NCBI GenBank assembly: GCA_002269645.1
Contig: NIVC01001487.1
Location: 62,001 to 126,000, forward strand
DNA: 64,000 nucleotides
Direction of reading: 5' to 3'
Source: Macrostomum lignano
Taxonomy: Eukaryota
Part shown: positions 13,001 through 29,329 of the stretch, in pieces
How the letters are laid out: the number at the start of each line of letters is the position of its first letter
Position numbering within the stretch: position 1 is the first letter of the stretch
Made by a program: the position numbers and the translations under genes
The notes under the pieces: generated by a model
Databases searched by the model: none
What the model saw: only the letters and a program-made list of their open reading frames with translations
Told to the model about the DNA's origin: nothing

Positions 13001-14707
13001 TATTAAGTTGTTAGCTAATTGGCTGAAAAGCAGGCGGATTTAGAAAGGCATCGCTCTGCACGAATTGTGCCAAGTGACCATCAGTACTCCACTGCAAGCT
13101 CGGAAAAATTTCAATCACAAGCCGGAGAAACAGTTATTACGGAAATGAAAATTTGACACTATAAACTCATTGTAGAATAAAGTTATTGTTTGGAAAAAGC
13201 AATCATTAATAGGTAATTAGCGATCCTGAACAGTTTAGCCAGCCAATGGACAGCAAAGTATTCTTATTTCCGCTTGGAAAGCAAGCAGATGGCAACACTG
13301 AGGCGTATTGAAGAAAGGCAATGCTCTGCATATTAACGAGATAGAATGACATGGGAAGGAGGAGGGGGCGAGTTGCGAGACGAAACAGGAATCTCATTAG
13401 TTCCTTAGCGGGACAACGCTGCATTGAGCTGCCCTACCCGCATGCTATAGCTAGTGCTCCCCCCCCCCCCTACTCAAAATATTGCATCCAATTTTGACCG
13501 CACCTGTGTAGGCTTGTTGTATGCAGCTACATAGGTAGCGATATTGGACTGCGGGTCAGAGGATAAGCGTACGAAGCGGGGATGAGCAGAGTGCCTATCG
13601 CGAGTGCCCATACGCGATTTTTTTGGGACGTTGCGGTTGCAATTTGCATGCGGCCGCTGACCAGTATCGGGTAGCGGCCGCCACTGCGGAAGCCTCTTGC
13701 TGTTTTATGCAGCAGCCGGCAGTGTTTTAGTGGTGTCTTGCCCTCACCCTCCACCGACACCCACAAAACTAAGGCAGTCTGGCATGATGGATGAGGGACA
13801 ACTGCAGTTTCTACCGTTGCGAAGCGCTGGCCAACGCGCTAATGCAATTTGTAGCAGAGACTTTCAACCGAGAAAGATCGAGACAGACGAGAGAGTGAGT
13901 GGCAGTTGCTCACCCGACAATCAAATTGCAGCCCAAATTCATAGATTTCACCGTTTTATAAGTATATTTCTTGCGAAAATAGTGGCCGGAGTTTGGAGGC
14001 GAACGGACGGGGAGATAAAAATAGAGTAAAAAGAGGCGCAAGCAGAAGCAGAGAAAACGAGATCGGCGGTCTTCAGCCAAGCGCAGTAGGGGTCCGCGAT
14101 GTATGAATTTATTTTAATTTATTTCCCCCACATTTCCTCAATCCTTCCACCATAGCTCCCCTATTTCTGTCTCATCCCTTACCTCTTCATCCCTAACCTG
14201 AGCCCTCGCTTCCACGTCAGTTTCCATACAAGTGCGGCAGCAGCGCAAGCCAATTCTAGCAAACTGACCCCTCCTATCCACGGCTGTCCCGTCTAGCCAC
14301 TCCGCCACTGACTCCCCGGCCTCAGTCTCTTCGCCCCGTCACTCGCTCCCCTGCCCCCAACCAACTCCCTCCAATCCCATTCAAGCTTCCTCCCTCATCA
14401 CTTGCATCTCTCCCCCTGACTCCATATCCTTCTCTTTCTCTTTTTTTTCAGCTCCTGCCAGCGATAGATTGCGAGCCGCCCCAGAGCCAGGCTCAAAACC
14501 GCTGTTTAAAATAGATGGGCGCAGAGACAAAAAGTTTGTCCTGCAGTAATCTGTAAGGCAGCGCCGGCTAAATGGAATCTCGAAGAAGTCATTCGACGGT
14601 GGTGAAATGCTCGACAATGGCACCCAAATAGGAGCGCATTTTCGTCAAAACTTTTCCGTTTCTGTCTTTGTTCCGGTCAGTCAGTTTTCATTTTTTAATA
14701 CTCAGAG

Positions 14708-16033
14708 ATGTCGGCCCAAGCTGCTGCAGCCGTGTTTCCGGGTCAGTTCCTGGATTTGCCCAGCCTCTTGAGCTCAGGCTCCATCCTGGCCAGCGGTTCA
14801 GTGCTCAACTCCATGAATATCGGCCAGCTACCGCGGCTGGTCGAGAAGAAGAGCGACACCACCTATGTTCTAGTTGGAGTTGGTGGCGTAGGCGCTGGCA
14901 CCGGCCATATGACAAGATTCACGGTGTTCTTCATTGTGTTGCAGTTTTTATGCGGCGTGCTGTCAATCCTGGTGGGTCTGCTGGGCGTAGTCGTTGCCAG
15001 CATCCGCATACGCAAGCAGGTGGTCATCGCTGCGCTGTTGCTCTCCTCCGGACAGGCAATCCTATCCGCCATCTGCTTGACTTTCGGCGCTCTCGATACT
15101 AAAGACGCTTGGCACGACGCCAAACAGTCGATTGACAATTTTGCAAAGATGCTGATGAACTGCATCAACACAGTGTGCTCGGTGTGCCTGTGCGTCTCGC
15201 TCACTCGACGGCTGTACCGCTACAGGGACTACGCAGTCTGTCGGTTCAACCAGTTTCGGCCACCGGTTGTCGTCTGCACCGGGGCAGTCATCGCCACCTC
15301 GATTGCCAGTTTGAGCGCATTTGCATCTGGCATGATGCTCTCCGTGACGCAGAAGTACAACTACGCAGGCGGACTGCACATGGGCCTCCTAGGACTCACG
15401 CTAGGTCTAGCAATGGTTCTCAACCTGAAGCTGATGATTCATCAGGCCAGCACCATCGCATGCCTTTTGCTCATTGCGTTCACTCTGCTCAGCTCCTGCG
15501 CAGCCGCCTACACGGAGAGCGTCGAGCTCGATAACGTCGCCGGGACGCAGAGCACCAGAAAGCTGTACTACGGTTATATCATCAAGTCGGCAGTTGTTTA
15601 CTTCTCCGCGTTGCTCAATATTGCAACTGTCGGTGCTTTGGCTCCATGCCAGTTTCTGCGCCTCTGGCACATGGCCGTCATTCAGGGCAACGCCGAGGAC
15701 GAAGAAGAGGTCACAGCGGCTGCGGCAGCTGCGGCGGCTGACACCAGCAATGCCGTCAACATCGGAGACCACGATGACGGAGGAGCGACCTTCAATCAGT
15801 TGTCTTCGGCAAACCCCAACTCGCCGCTGCTGCTGTCCGTCAGACAACTCTGGCGAGATCATCAGCAGCCGCAGCAGCATCCGCCAGTCTGCTGGGCAAC
15901 CATACGGGGGCGGACAATGTCAGCGCTGCTTCCAACAGCACGACATTGCCTAGAATGCCGTACCAGCAACAGCAGCTCCATCACATGCAACAGCTTCATT
16001 CGCGGTTCGCTACTGGCGCTCAGGCGTGATTGA
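14708..16033 (+). CDS. Multi-pass (about 7-8 TM) membrane protein of unknown family, single exon
   Basis: 441-aa ORF with successive hydrophobic segments between ~14915 and ~15650. ATG is 2 nt after a ttttttaatactcAG acceptor; AATAAA at 16125-16130. The C-terminus may be in another frame (see findings). Confidence 0.7.
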   Translation: MSAQAAAAVFPGQFLDLPSLLSSGSILASGSVLNSMNIGQLPRLVEKKSDTTYVLVGVGGVGAGTGHMTRFTVFFIVLQFLCGVLSILVGLLGVVVASIRIRKQVVIAALLLSSGQAILSAICLTFGALDTKDAWHDAKQSIDNFAKMLMNCINTVCSVCLCVSLTRRLYRYRDYAVCRFNQFRPPVVVCTGAVIATSIASLSAFASGMMLSVTQKYNYAGGLHMGLLGLTLGLAMVLNLKLMIHQASTIACLLLIAFTLLSSCAAAYTESVELDNVAGTQSTRKLYYGYIIKSAVVYFSALLNIATVGALAPCQFLRLWHMAVIQGNAEDEEEVTAAAAAAAADTSNAVNIGDHDDGGATFNQLSSANPNSPLLLSVRQLWRDHQQPQQHPPVCWATIRGRTMSALLPTARHCLECRTSNSSSITCNSFIRGSLLALRRD

Positions 16034-17429
16034 TAGTTCACTTGTTTGAACTTTCTGGGTCTACAGGTGCTTAATTAGGCGGGGATAGTTGAAAACTAAA
16101 GTTAAAATAGCTAACGGAAATTAAAATAAAATTAACTAACATCCAAAGTTGAAAGCTTATGGAAGAAAGACTGAAGACAGGCAAACCAAGAGAAGTCACT
16201 GGTAGAAGTTAACCAGGAGTTGATCAACCAATTAATCCTATCAGAATTTTAGACTAGATTTTATTAGCCATTGGATTAAACGGTGTTATAAAAATCTTCG
16301 CTAATAATGTAACGGCACAACATATGTCTGCACACCGCTCTGTTAAATAGTTTAGCACTCTGCTGTTTATAGCGGGTCAGGCAGAAAGTATTCAGAATTG
16401 TTTAAGAAGAAAGCAATTTTCTGTTGCATTATCATTATCAACAATATGTTATTCATATTCAATGTTAATTGCACGTAAGTAAGCGCCTAGATATTTTGAT
16501 ATAGCTAGTTATAATTGTCACGTACATGTAAGACTATGTTTTTTACTAACGATTCAACTATTTTTGTATTTCCTTTAACGAGTACTACGAGCAGTCGAGC
16601 ATGCTATATATATCATCATTATGCTGTACGTCTAAATTCTGGACTACAACTTATTAGCGAGTGAAAGCATATAGAAATTTTTAATTTTTAGTCACTTCAG
16701 CAATTGGTAATTTGTGTACAAGAACGTGAAACTGCTGACTATGCTGCTACTATTATATTATAACTCATAGTCTCAGAATGATCGCTACATTAGTAATTGG
16801 CCCGTTTCTTTTATACCCCGTCCTTTATACACGAGCTAATTTCCGGCATAATCTCTGCTAAGTGTAAGCCAGTTAAGTGCGCGACAGCCCTCAGCTTGCA
16901 CTCTGCGAGTACATTGTCGTTGTAGAGATGAAACCTGCTTTTTATTTATATTTGATCTGCTTGGATTTTCTTTTTGTTAAAGCGTTTGTTTCAATTAAAA
17001 TACATGATTAAAGTTCCTCAACTTGAAGCAGATATCAGGAGTATGGCGGGTGCCCTTTTTGCTTTTACTTGCAGGATATAGCGCTATGAATTATCATTCT
17101 CGAACTAGCTACATGTAGCTAGCTGTTATAGTTAGTCTAGGCGTGTTGAAACGGGGTGAAACGCACTGCATCTCGCCCGCTGCAATAATCTATGGCTATG
17201 GCCGACTTCCATAAGTAAAAAACCTCGTATGCATATAAGTATCTAGTTAATGTTCTACAACTTTTAGATTTTGAAAGTAAAACTTAGTACTGCTAAATTA
17301 TGCTTAGTATCAGTTACTTTTTTTTAATTCGCAAAATTAAAAGTTTTGGCTCCGCCCCCACACCCCCGCAAGGGGGCTCAGCGCCCCCTTGATCCCGCTT
17401 TCTTTTGACTTTGCCTTAGACATTTTCAG

Positions 17430-17563
17430 CGGGCCGTGAAACCGACTGAATACATTGGAGTAAATGGGATTTTACCAAAGACAGTCTCAACGGGCCGTGA
17501 AACCGACTGAATACATAGGAGTAAATGGGATTTTACCATAGACAGTCTCAACGGGCCGTGAAA
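17430..17563. repeat. 61-bp tandem repeat (~2.2 copies), probably inside a non-autonomous element
   Basis: CGGGCCGTGAAAC recurs at 17430, 17491 and 17552 with near-identical intervening sequence. Confidence 0.85.
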
Positions 17564-18850
17564 CGCGCCTCGGCGTTATAGCTCGTTTCTGCCCTCTGCA
17601 GCCCATCAATATATACCAGTATACTAGGCAAAAAGCCGATTCCCACCCCAGGAATACAAAAGCCATTCTAAATGATTATAATCACTCGCTTTTTTATTCC
17701 ATTATAATTTTTCTTCAATTTCTTCAGAGTTTAATTCCGATCGAAACCATATGATCACGCTATAGAACTCAAAGCGTATAATTTTTTTGTTTAAGGATAA
17801 AAATATTTCTGAACAGACTCTGGGAAGCAGATAATAATAACTCGAGATTCGCCATAAATACAAGCATTAAGCAGCTCAGCACTGCAGCGATGGAGTAAAA
17901 TTTCGCTGAGCTGCATGCAGACTCGACGAGGAGCCACATCAATTTATAGTGTGAGATTGCTAATCGGATAAAGATGCCTATTGCAGCGAGGCGCAGTAAA
18001 GCTGGCCTACATGGAATTGCAGGGAGCAGTGAGTGAGCAGCGATATACATCGCTTCAGCATATAATTTTCATTGCAACCAACAATTTTGCGTTCACGCAA
18101 TGAGAGGAATAAGAGGGAATCGAGAGCGACATATCTGAAAAATGAAACAAGATCCTTCTGCACACCCGCACTTAGCAGCAGGTCTGACAAGCTGCTAGCA
18201 CCACTTGCCCGCACACAACGGTTCTGTTCGCAAAAGATAGCCAAGCGTTTCCTGCTCACAGCTCTCAATAGCAACTCTTGCTCTCTTGCCATCGACTCAC
18301 ATCTTCTTTCCTCCCAGCAGTCCCCCGGGTCCATTTCCCGAAGGATTTCTACAAGAACGATCGCGCTGAGGCCGGATTGACCTGCTGCTTGTTCTGGCTT
18401 GGCACAATATTAGAGAATAAATTTGGGAACACATAACAGGGGGAACTCTGATGGGTCGATAAAAATGCATTTACATCAGTGGGGAGAGAGAGATCTGGGG
18501 AAAGACAGAGAAAAATGTAGTAGAGAAGTAAAGATCGTTTGAGACGCGGTGGGATCAGATGGAGTGAGGATGCGGTGGTTGGCTGGGTCTGACGCGTATA
18601 GACTAGATTTAGTGAATAATTTATACTGTCGTCAAACCGTGACAGCGACAGTCGTGGCAATGATGAGACGACTACCCACCGAACGATAAAAACGCTCAGT
18701 ATCAAATATTGCTCGCTGAAATTAATAGTTACTCCGAATAAGCTTGAACACATATTCAAATCTATCATGGGTGTGCGAGGCCACTTCAATATTTCTGAAT
18801 GTAGGTAAGCGGAATCTTTTAGCTAATGTAAGAATATCTAGACACAACAG

Positions 18851-19200
18851 GCCAGGGTTGTAGCCTAGTGGTTAGAGCGTCGCGGTCTCACGACTTGAAG
18901 GTCGGGGGTTTGATTCCTGATACCATGGATTGGATTTGATTTCCATGAATTGGAAAAATTTGTCTTGAGCAAGTAAGACACCTAACCCTGCATCGCTTCA
19001 GTTCATACAGAATTAGTTGGGGCAATTCAATTGAGGCGACTCCACAAGGCTGTAAAGGCCTTGTGTGGGGAGTGGGGAGCCCCCTCAGTCCTTGGACTGA
19101 ACAGCCAGCAGCCTTCAGATGTGCCGCGCAATAGCTGCAGCTTAGCTGTCGGTTGTACATGAGCCCATTAGGGCCGGTGTAATAAATTATTACTATTACT
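18851..19200 (+). mobile_element. tRNA-derived SINE with CORE/V-like central domain
   Basis: Pol III A box TAGCCTAGTGG (18861-71) and B box GGTTTGATTCC (18907-17). These are followed by GTCTTGAGCAAG..ACACCTAACCC (similar to the CORE motif CCTTGGGCAAGTCACTTAACC) and an AATAAATTATTACTATTACT tail. Confidence 0.75.
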
Positions 19201-20719
19201 AATAGGCCTATATGGAAAATAAGCCAACTGCCTAGTTTTCTTCAGCAGTGCCTCAAAAAAATACAATAAGCACAAAATTACAATTTGCTGATCGCACATA
19301 ACAATTTCAAACAACCATCAGAGTGAAATACAAGAGTCCATATACTAAAAAAATTGTTTAACCTTTCTTTAAGTATGTTTACAAATCTTGATTTGCAACT
19401 AAATACGGCTGAAACTATCCCATTATCAAGTCTGAATTAACTAACATAATTTCCCCTAACACTCCAAAATTAATTACAATGTTTCTATGACACAATTAAG
19501 AGCCTGCTTTTCAGTGTTTGTCATCATAATTGTTTGCTAGTCATGACAAGTTTTATAATTACTTTAAAAGTAAGTAGTCACTTGCCGATTAATATGACCT
19601 GGAGATGAGACCAATGGAATTGTTTTTGAAAAGCCGATTAGTTAGCTTGATTCTCTTTAAACTGTTTACTTTAAGTAGTATTGAATTCAATACATCCAGA
19701 TTGATCAAATTTCGATAAATAAAAGCTAATATAAAGTAGATAATGCGCAAATATATCAGTAAATTTGTACTTAAGCTGTTAAAATTAATTTGGCAGAAAT
19801 AAAGACAAATGAGGCAAGTATTACGTGTTTCTGTTCTTATACTTTTAAGTGCAATATTTAACTTGCTTTTCAAAGAAACTAAAGCATTAATCTAGTATTT
19901 ACCCTTGTGTCATCACCGTTAAAACATTTCTTGTAAATATATCCGAATTTTAAGTTGGTGTCGTTTCTATTTGTGTTAGCGCAAATTTTCCAATTTTCTA
20001 TTTTAAAGTCTTATAGTTTCCTTTAGAGTCATTGTCATAATGAAAGAGATTATTTTCCAATGAGTTGTTGATTGCACTGTGTAGGGTAGTGCATGTAAAC
20101 AGGAAGTTGTGAGCTTGGCTTGTGTTGTTGCATTTGTGTCTAATCCTGATCCCTTATTGTTAAATTTCAGAAAAAAATTATTCAACGTAGTAAAGTGATC
20201 CGTTAAATTTAGAGCAAGTATAAGTTTTTTGCAATGCAAAATAACTTTATTGCACTTTGTCGCAATGGCACTTCTTTCCAAAAATTTTATGATCAACTTC
20301 AAAAACGTGATCGACTAGAAAGACGAAGAATTGTTAATATGATTATTGAAGGGGCCACCTGTTTGATCAACTCATCACGTTATGGTTTGTATAAATTTGT
20401 TTACAATATGCAATATATTTTATATTAATTTATATGACTAGGGGCCTACGTCTACCACCAAATTCAAGACACTTATAGCCTATTTTTATTATGAAAAGGA
20501 CTTATTTAGGCCTACTTTGTCCTTTTATTTATTTATTTATTTCCTTATATAACTTTTATTTTTAACTAGTTAAATTTTAATAACTTATAACCTGGACTAG
20601 GCCCTACCCTTAGGCCTAGGCTAGGCTATTATTTTTAGTAGTATTGTGGTTAGGCCTATTTGTATTATATTATAACCTGGGTCAGTTTGAGTGCCTAGTC
20701 CCAAGTACAATATAGGTTA

Positions 20720-21010
20720 GATGTTAATATAACATGTGTAATGATGCTCTATCTAGTACTTATATGGATATAAGCAAGCATGATGATGCTCTGCAATAAT
20801 AGGTTACTCTGTTTAGTATTGTGACATTCAGAGTTTGCGCTGCGGCTTGGGGTATAATGACAATCTTAAGTGCTTATATAGTGGGTATACAATATAAGTA
20901 GAGATATAGTCTGGTACAAGCTATATGCTCTCTCAGCATTATGGTTATGACCCTTTGGCAAGAACTCCCTATAGCCTAACAAGCTTCCACTGTAGTAGTG
21001 CTTCAATACT
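20720..21010 (-). mobile_element. Highly decayed mariner-like transposase remnant
   Basis: Minus-strand YREFLPKGHNHNAERAY resembles mariner HYELLPxGxTINAExY. A degenerate PY-S-x-D-x-A-S stretch (HPPYSPDLAPSDY-like) lies ~200 nt further on. Confidence 0.35.
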
Positions 21011-22928
21011 GTACAAATTTTGAGCAATAAAGGTATGTTTTCTTAGAAACCAAACTCATACAAAATACTAGATAAATATTTTGTTTTAATGCATCAAATG
21101 TATTTGTTTTACCATACCAAATATTTTGTTTTACTATGCAAAATAAATTAGGGAATTATTTTTTTGTTTTAATCATATGGGGGGGAACCACTATATATAG
21201 GAGTGATTTTGTAGCAAATAAATCAACTGTCTGATACTTGTAAGCAAATATTGTGAGCAAAATAGCAGTTCAATCTATATATTTCAGTCTTTCGAGTTAA
21301 ATAGCAATTTATTCATTTGCAAAACCTGAGAAACAATTCCAAGAAATTTGCTAAGAGAAGGAATTAGGACTAATTCTTGGAGATATATTAAGAGAGGCGC
21401 CGTGACCCTCTAGTCTCAGTGAACGCCCAATTAGGACTATCTACTAATTCATGTACCAGTACTAGACCACTCATGCCATAAGCTACCAGAACATTACCAG
21501 AATGCTACTAGAAACACTACCAGAAATGCTACTAAGAATGCTACCCAGAAATATTCAAATGAAATTCTAAGAAACAGTTAGAAACATTAAGGCAAGATTT
21601 AGTGTCAGCAATAGAAATTTAAGAGAGGAAATTAAAAACCTGTCACAGCTTGTGGCAATTAGTGGGATATTCGGAGGACAGAAGTAAGCCCTACAACACC
21701 CTTAGGAAAATATTTTAGAACATATGAGTAGTTTTTTAGATTTGCCAAGATTTAAAGTGCATTTAAGTTTTGTAACTTTTGCATAAAATAAAGAGGCCTA
21801 GTATGGCCTACTACATAATGTAAGTTACATTAAATGTAACAACAGAAAAAGGTTTTATTATCATATTAGAAAAGTAAAGTTGCATAATTTTGAAATTCTG
21901 GTATACATTATAGTCATTTCCAAATTTTTGGCATATACCTAAAACTTTGCCCAAAAAATTCTAGCATACACTTAACACCTTCCTTAACAAAGGTATGCAT
22001 TGGCTTTGTATGCCAAAAGTTTGCCATGCATATACCTGGCACAGTAGTATGTACTTTATACAATCATATAAAAGAGTTTATTAAGTGGAAAAATATTAAT
22101 AAGTTCATTTTTCTAGGTTGAATAATATTATGATTAAACTTTTGTCTAAGATCCTAGGATTGCAAGATTATCAAATTAGGATTAGGAATCAATTATTAAG
22201 TATATATCAAGGTCCATAGTCAAGAAAAAGGCATGTATGCTAGAAATTTCTAGGGTAGAATCAATAAATTTGGCATATATGTTGGCATACAAAAAGTGAT
22301 TCTGGTCTTTTGGTATACACACTTAATATTTTAATGTTTGATATGCACCAAAAGTTTAAAGAATTACATTATCAATAATACTTGCAATAGTTGTCATGAA
22401 TTAAAATTTTAACAAAGATGTACAAAATTAGTTTTTGTTTGTTATATATATATTCAAAATGGAAATATAAATATAATAGTTATTTTTACTTTTTTATTTT
22501 ATCTACAGCTCGTAATTGATGTTAAATATCCAAATTGCTAGTCTAATAGTAACATTGCAAAATTGATAATTTGAAGCTTTGCATATTTGGTATACATTGG
22601 CATATACTAAAAAAATGGTTGTTTTGTTTCTGGGATATATAAAGAGTGTTCCAAACTATAGATCAAGGTTAGAAAAGGATAAGATTTTTGCAATTGGATA
22701 AAATTAATTCAACTGTTATTAACAACTATTATTTAGTAGTATTTATTGTATGAATGGCAAAACCAAATTTAGAAATAGAATTGTAAGTTCAAAAATAATA
22801 AAGTGTCAAGAAGACAAACTTCCTATGTGCAAAAACTTTTTATAGCTCCAAATATGACTATGGGAAGTTATTGATCAGAGGTTTTTAAGCACAAATCAAT
22901 GATTGTTACCTTTTTAGTAGTGACTTGA

Positions 22929-27045
<4,117 letters not shown>

Positions 27046-27869
27046 AAGCGAATTTTTTAGAGATTTTGCTCCATATTTCTCTTCCCTCTTTTAATAAATT
27101 GACTGCCACGTGATTTGGTTGCGTCATAAACAGTCATCATCAGTTTAGAGCATGTTCATATGTCATACACTCGGTCAATTGGGGTCATGCTAAATTAAAT
27201 GAGTCATGGCGTGTTATTTAGGGTCATGAAAATTCATAAATGTCAGTTAGGGTCGAACTAACTGACTGCTAGATTCGAATAGGTCATTTAAGGTCGTGCT
27301 AGACAAGTGAGTCATAGAAGGTCGTATTAGACTCCTGAGTCGTTCCTCAGTCAAGGTCACACTGGACTGAAACGAGGCATACAATGTCATTTAAGGTCAC
27401 GCTGCAGTTACCAGTCTGTGTTTGCAGACAAAATGAGTGATTTTATATGAGAATATTACAATAAGATTCCAAGACTAATTTGCTTGGTTTGCCTTTCCAA
27501 TCCATAATTGATAACTTTGCTAATACAAACCATATTTTCCTTGCTTAATTTATGCCTGAAGACCCAATATTTCTAGGTTCAGGTAGATTCACTGGATTTG
27601 TTTAACTTTTTAATAAGATTTGTAATTTTGTGTCTACTTTTTTTGTCTTGTCAATGCTTCGTGTGAATATCAGTTCGGCTTGCTCAGTGCTATCTCTGTG
27701 TTTCAATCACTTCGAGTTTTAATTAAATTGCTCCAAATTTGAAGGATTTTTTAGTTCTCTTAAATATGCCAGTTCTTTATATGGATATCATCACTAACTG
27801 CTTTAATTGTGTTTTAGTTCGAGCTTTAGGAGGTTGAACCCTGTTCATGCCCTCCCTGTAGTGAACTGT

Positions 27870-28635
27870 TTACCCTCCTCAGAAAGCTGCTACCCTCCTC
27901 AGAGAGCTGCTACCCTCCTCAGAAAGCTGCTACCCTCCTCAGAAAGCTGCTACCCTCATCAGAAAGCTTCTACCCTCCTCAAAGAGCTGCTACCCTCCTC
28001 AGAAAGCTGCTACTCTCCTCAGAAAGCTGCTACCCTCCTCAGAGAGCTGCTACCCTCCTCAGAAAGTTTCTACCCTCCTCAGAGAGCTGCTACTCTCCTC
28101 AGAAAGCTGTTTGCCCTCCTCAGAGAGCTGCTACTCTCCTCAGAAAGCTGCTACCCTCCTCAGAAAGCTGCTACCCTCCTCAGAGAGCTGTTACCCTCCT
28201 CAGAAAGCTGCTACCCTCCTCAGAGAGCTGCTACCCTTCTCAGAAAGCTGCTACTTTCCTCAGAAAGCTGTTTGCCCTCCTCAGAAAGCTGTTTGCCCTC
28301 CTCAGAAAGCTGTTTGCCCTCCTCAGAAAGCTGTTTGCCCTCCTCAGAAAGCTGTTTGCCCTCGTCAGAAAGCTGTTTGCCCTCGTCAGAAAGCTGTTTG
28401 CCCTCGTCAGAAAGCTGTTTGCCCTCGTCAGAAAGCTGTTTGCCCTCCTCAGAAAGCTGTTTGCCCTCCTCAGAAAGCTGTTTGCCCTCCTCAGAAAGCT
28501 GTTTGCCCTCCTCAGAAAGCTGTTTGCCCTCCTCAGAAAGCTGTTTGCCCTCCTCAGAAAGCTGTTTGCCCTCCTCAGAAAGCTGTTTGCCCTCCTCAGA
28601 AAGCTGTTTGCCCTCCTCAGAGAGCTGCTACCCTC
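27870..28635. repeat. 20/21-bp minisatellite (intergenic)
   Basis: CCCTCCTCAGAAAGCTGCTA units switch to a homogeneous CCTCCTCAGAAAGCTGTTTGC block. Confidence 0.95.
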
Positions 28636-29329
28636 AGAGTTTCCAAAGTTTGTTATAGTTTTTTTCCTAAAACTCACTCTGCCCTGTCCCTATATTCACT
28701 TGATTTGATGCCAATGTTAAAAATCTATTTTGTTTCCTAATGTACATGATTCGTTTTTGCTGTTAAATGCTGGTTCGTGATGCTCCATCGTATCCCAGCT
28801 TCCCGCAATTGTACAATTTTTTACCCCAAAAATTGGTCATTTTTTCCTTCCGATAAAAATCGCTTAGTTTTACTCACTTTCCCCGTTTCAGTCAGTAGTA
28901 TTAGTGGCGCGCGTGAATTATTTCTCTCCAAATTTGGTTATATTAAACCCCACCCTCTTCCGCGCAAAAATTACAAGATTTCGTTCATTCAAGTTGTTCT
29001 CAAAAGTTCTGCTGCTACTATAAGATTTTTCCTATTTTTTTTCTTTTACACATTCTATTACTGAGCTAGTAGTAACTGTAGATTATTGCTTGGCACCTAC
29101 CTAATTACTGTGAATAGTTGGTTGCGAACTAAAGATTATCTGCACCAGCTGTTGATTGCTTATCTATATATATTAATATAATAATCAGTGATGGATCTGG
29201 CTTAACTACCCCTGTCATTCATGCATGAGCTCATGCTAATGCCCCAACTGTCTGCTTCAGTACAATCTCCCTGCAGCTTCTTTGTTATTTTTTATATTCA
29301 AATGATAATTCAAGCACTGATTACCTTGA

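Noticed and set aside
10300-14400. Short ORFs (e.g. 11177-11494, 11166-11423) and a TIR-like CAGGTGCGGTCAAAA end near 13490-13506
   Set aside because: No recognisable domain or consistent splice model, and no partner TIR found in the window.
17769-18789. Cluster of 90-146 aa ORFs as a possible fem-1 first exon or separate gene
   Set aside because: No ankyrin/FEM1 N-terminal similarity, and no phase-1 donor in a plausible frame.
18851-18925. Functional tRNA gene
   Set aside because: A and B boxes are present, but I could not form a proper acceptor stem, and it continues into a SINE core and tail.
27807-28740. Long repetitive ORFs (CLPSSES / PPQKAVC)
   Set aside because: They are stop-free translations of a 21-bp minisatellite, open in several frames, with no splice or codon support.
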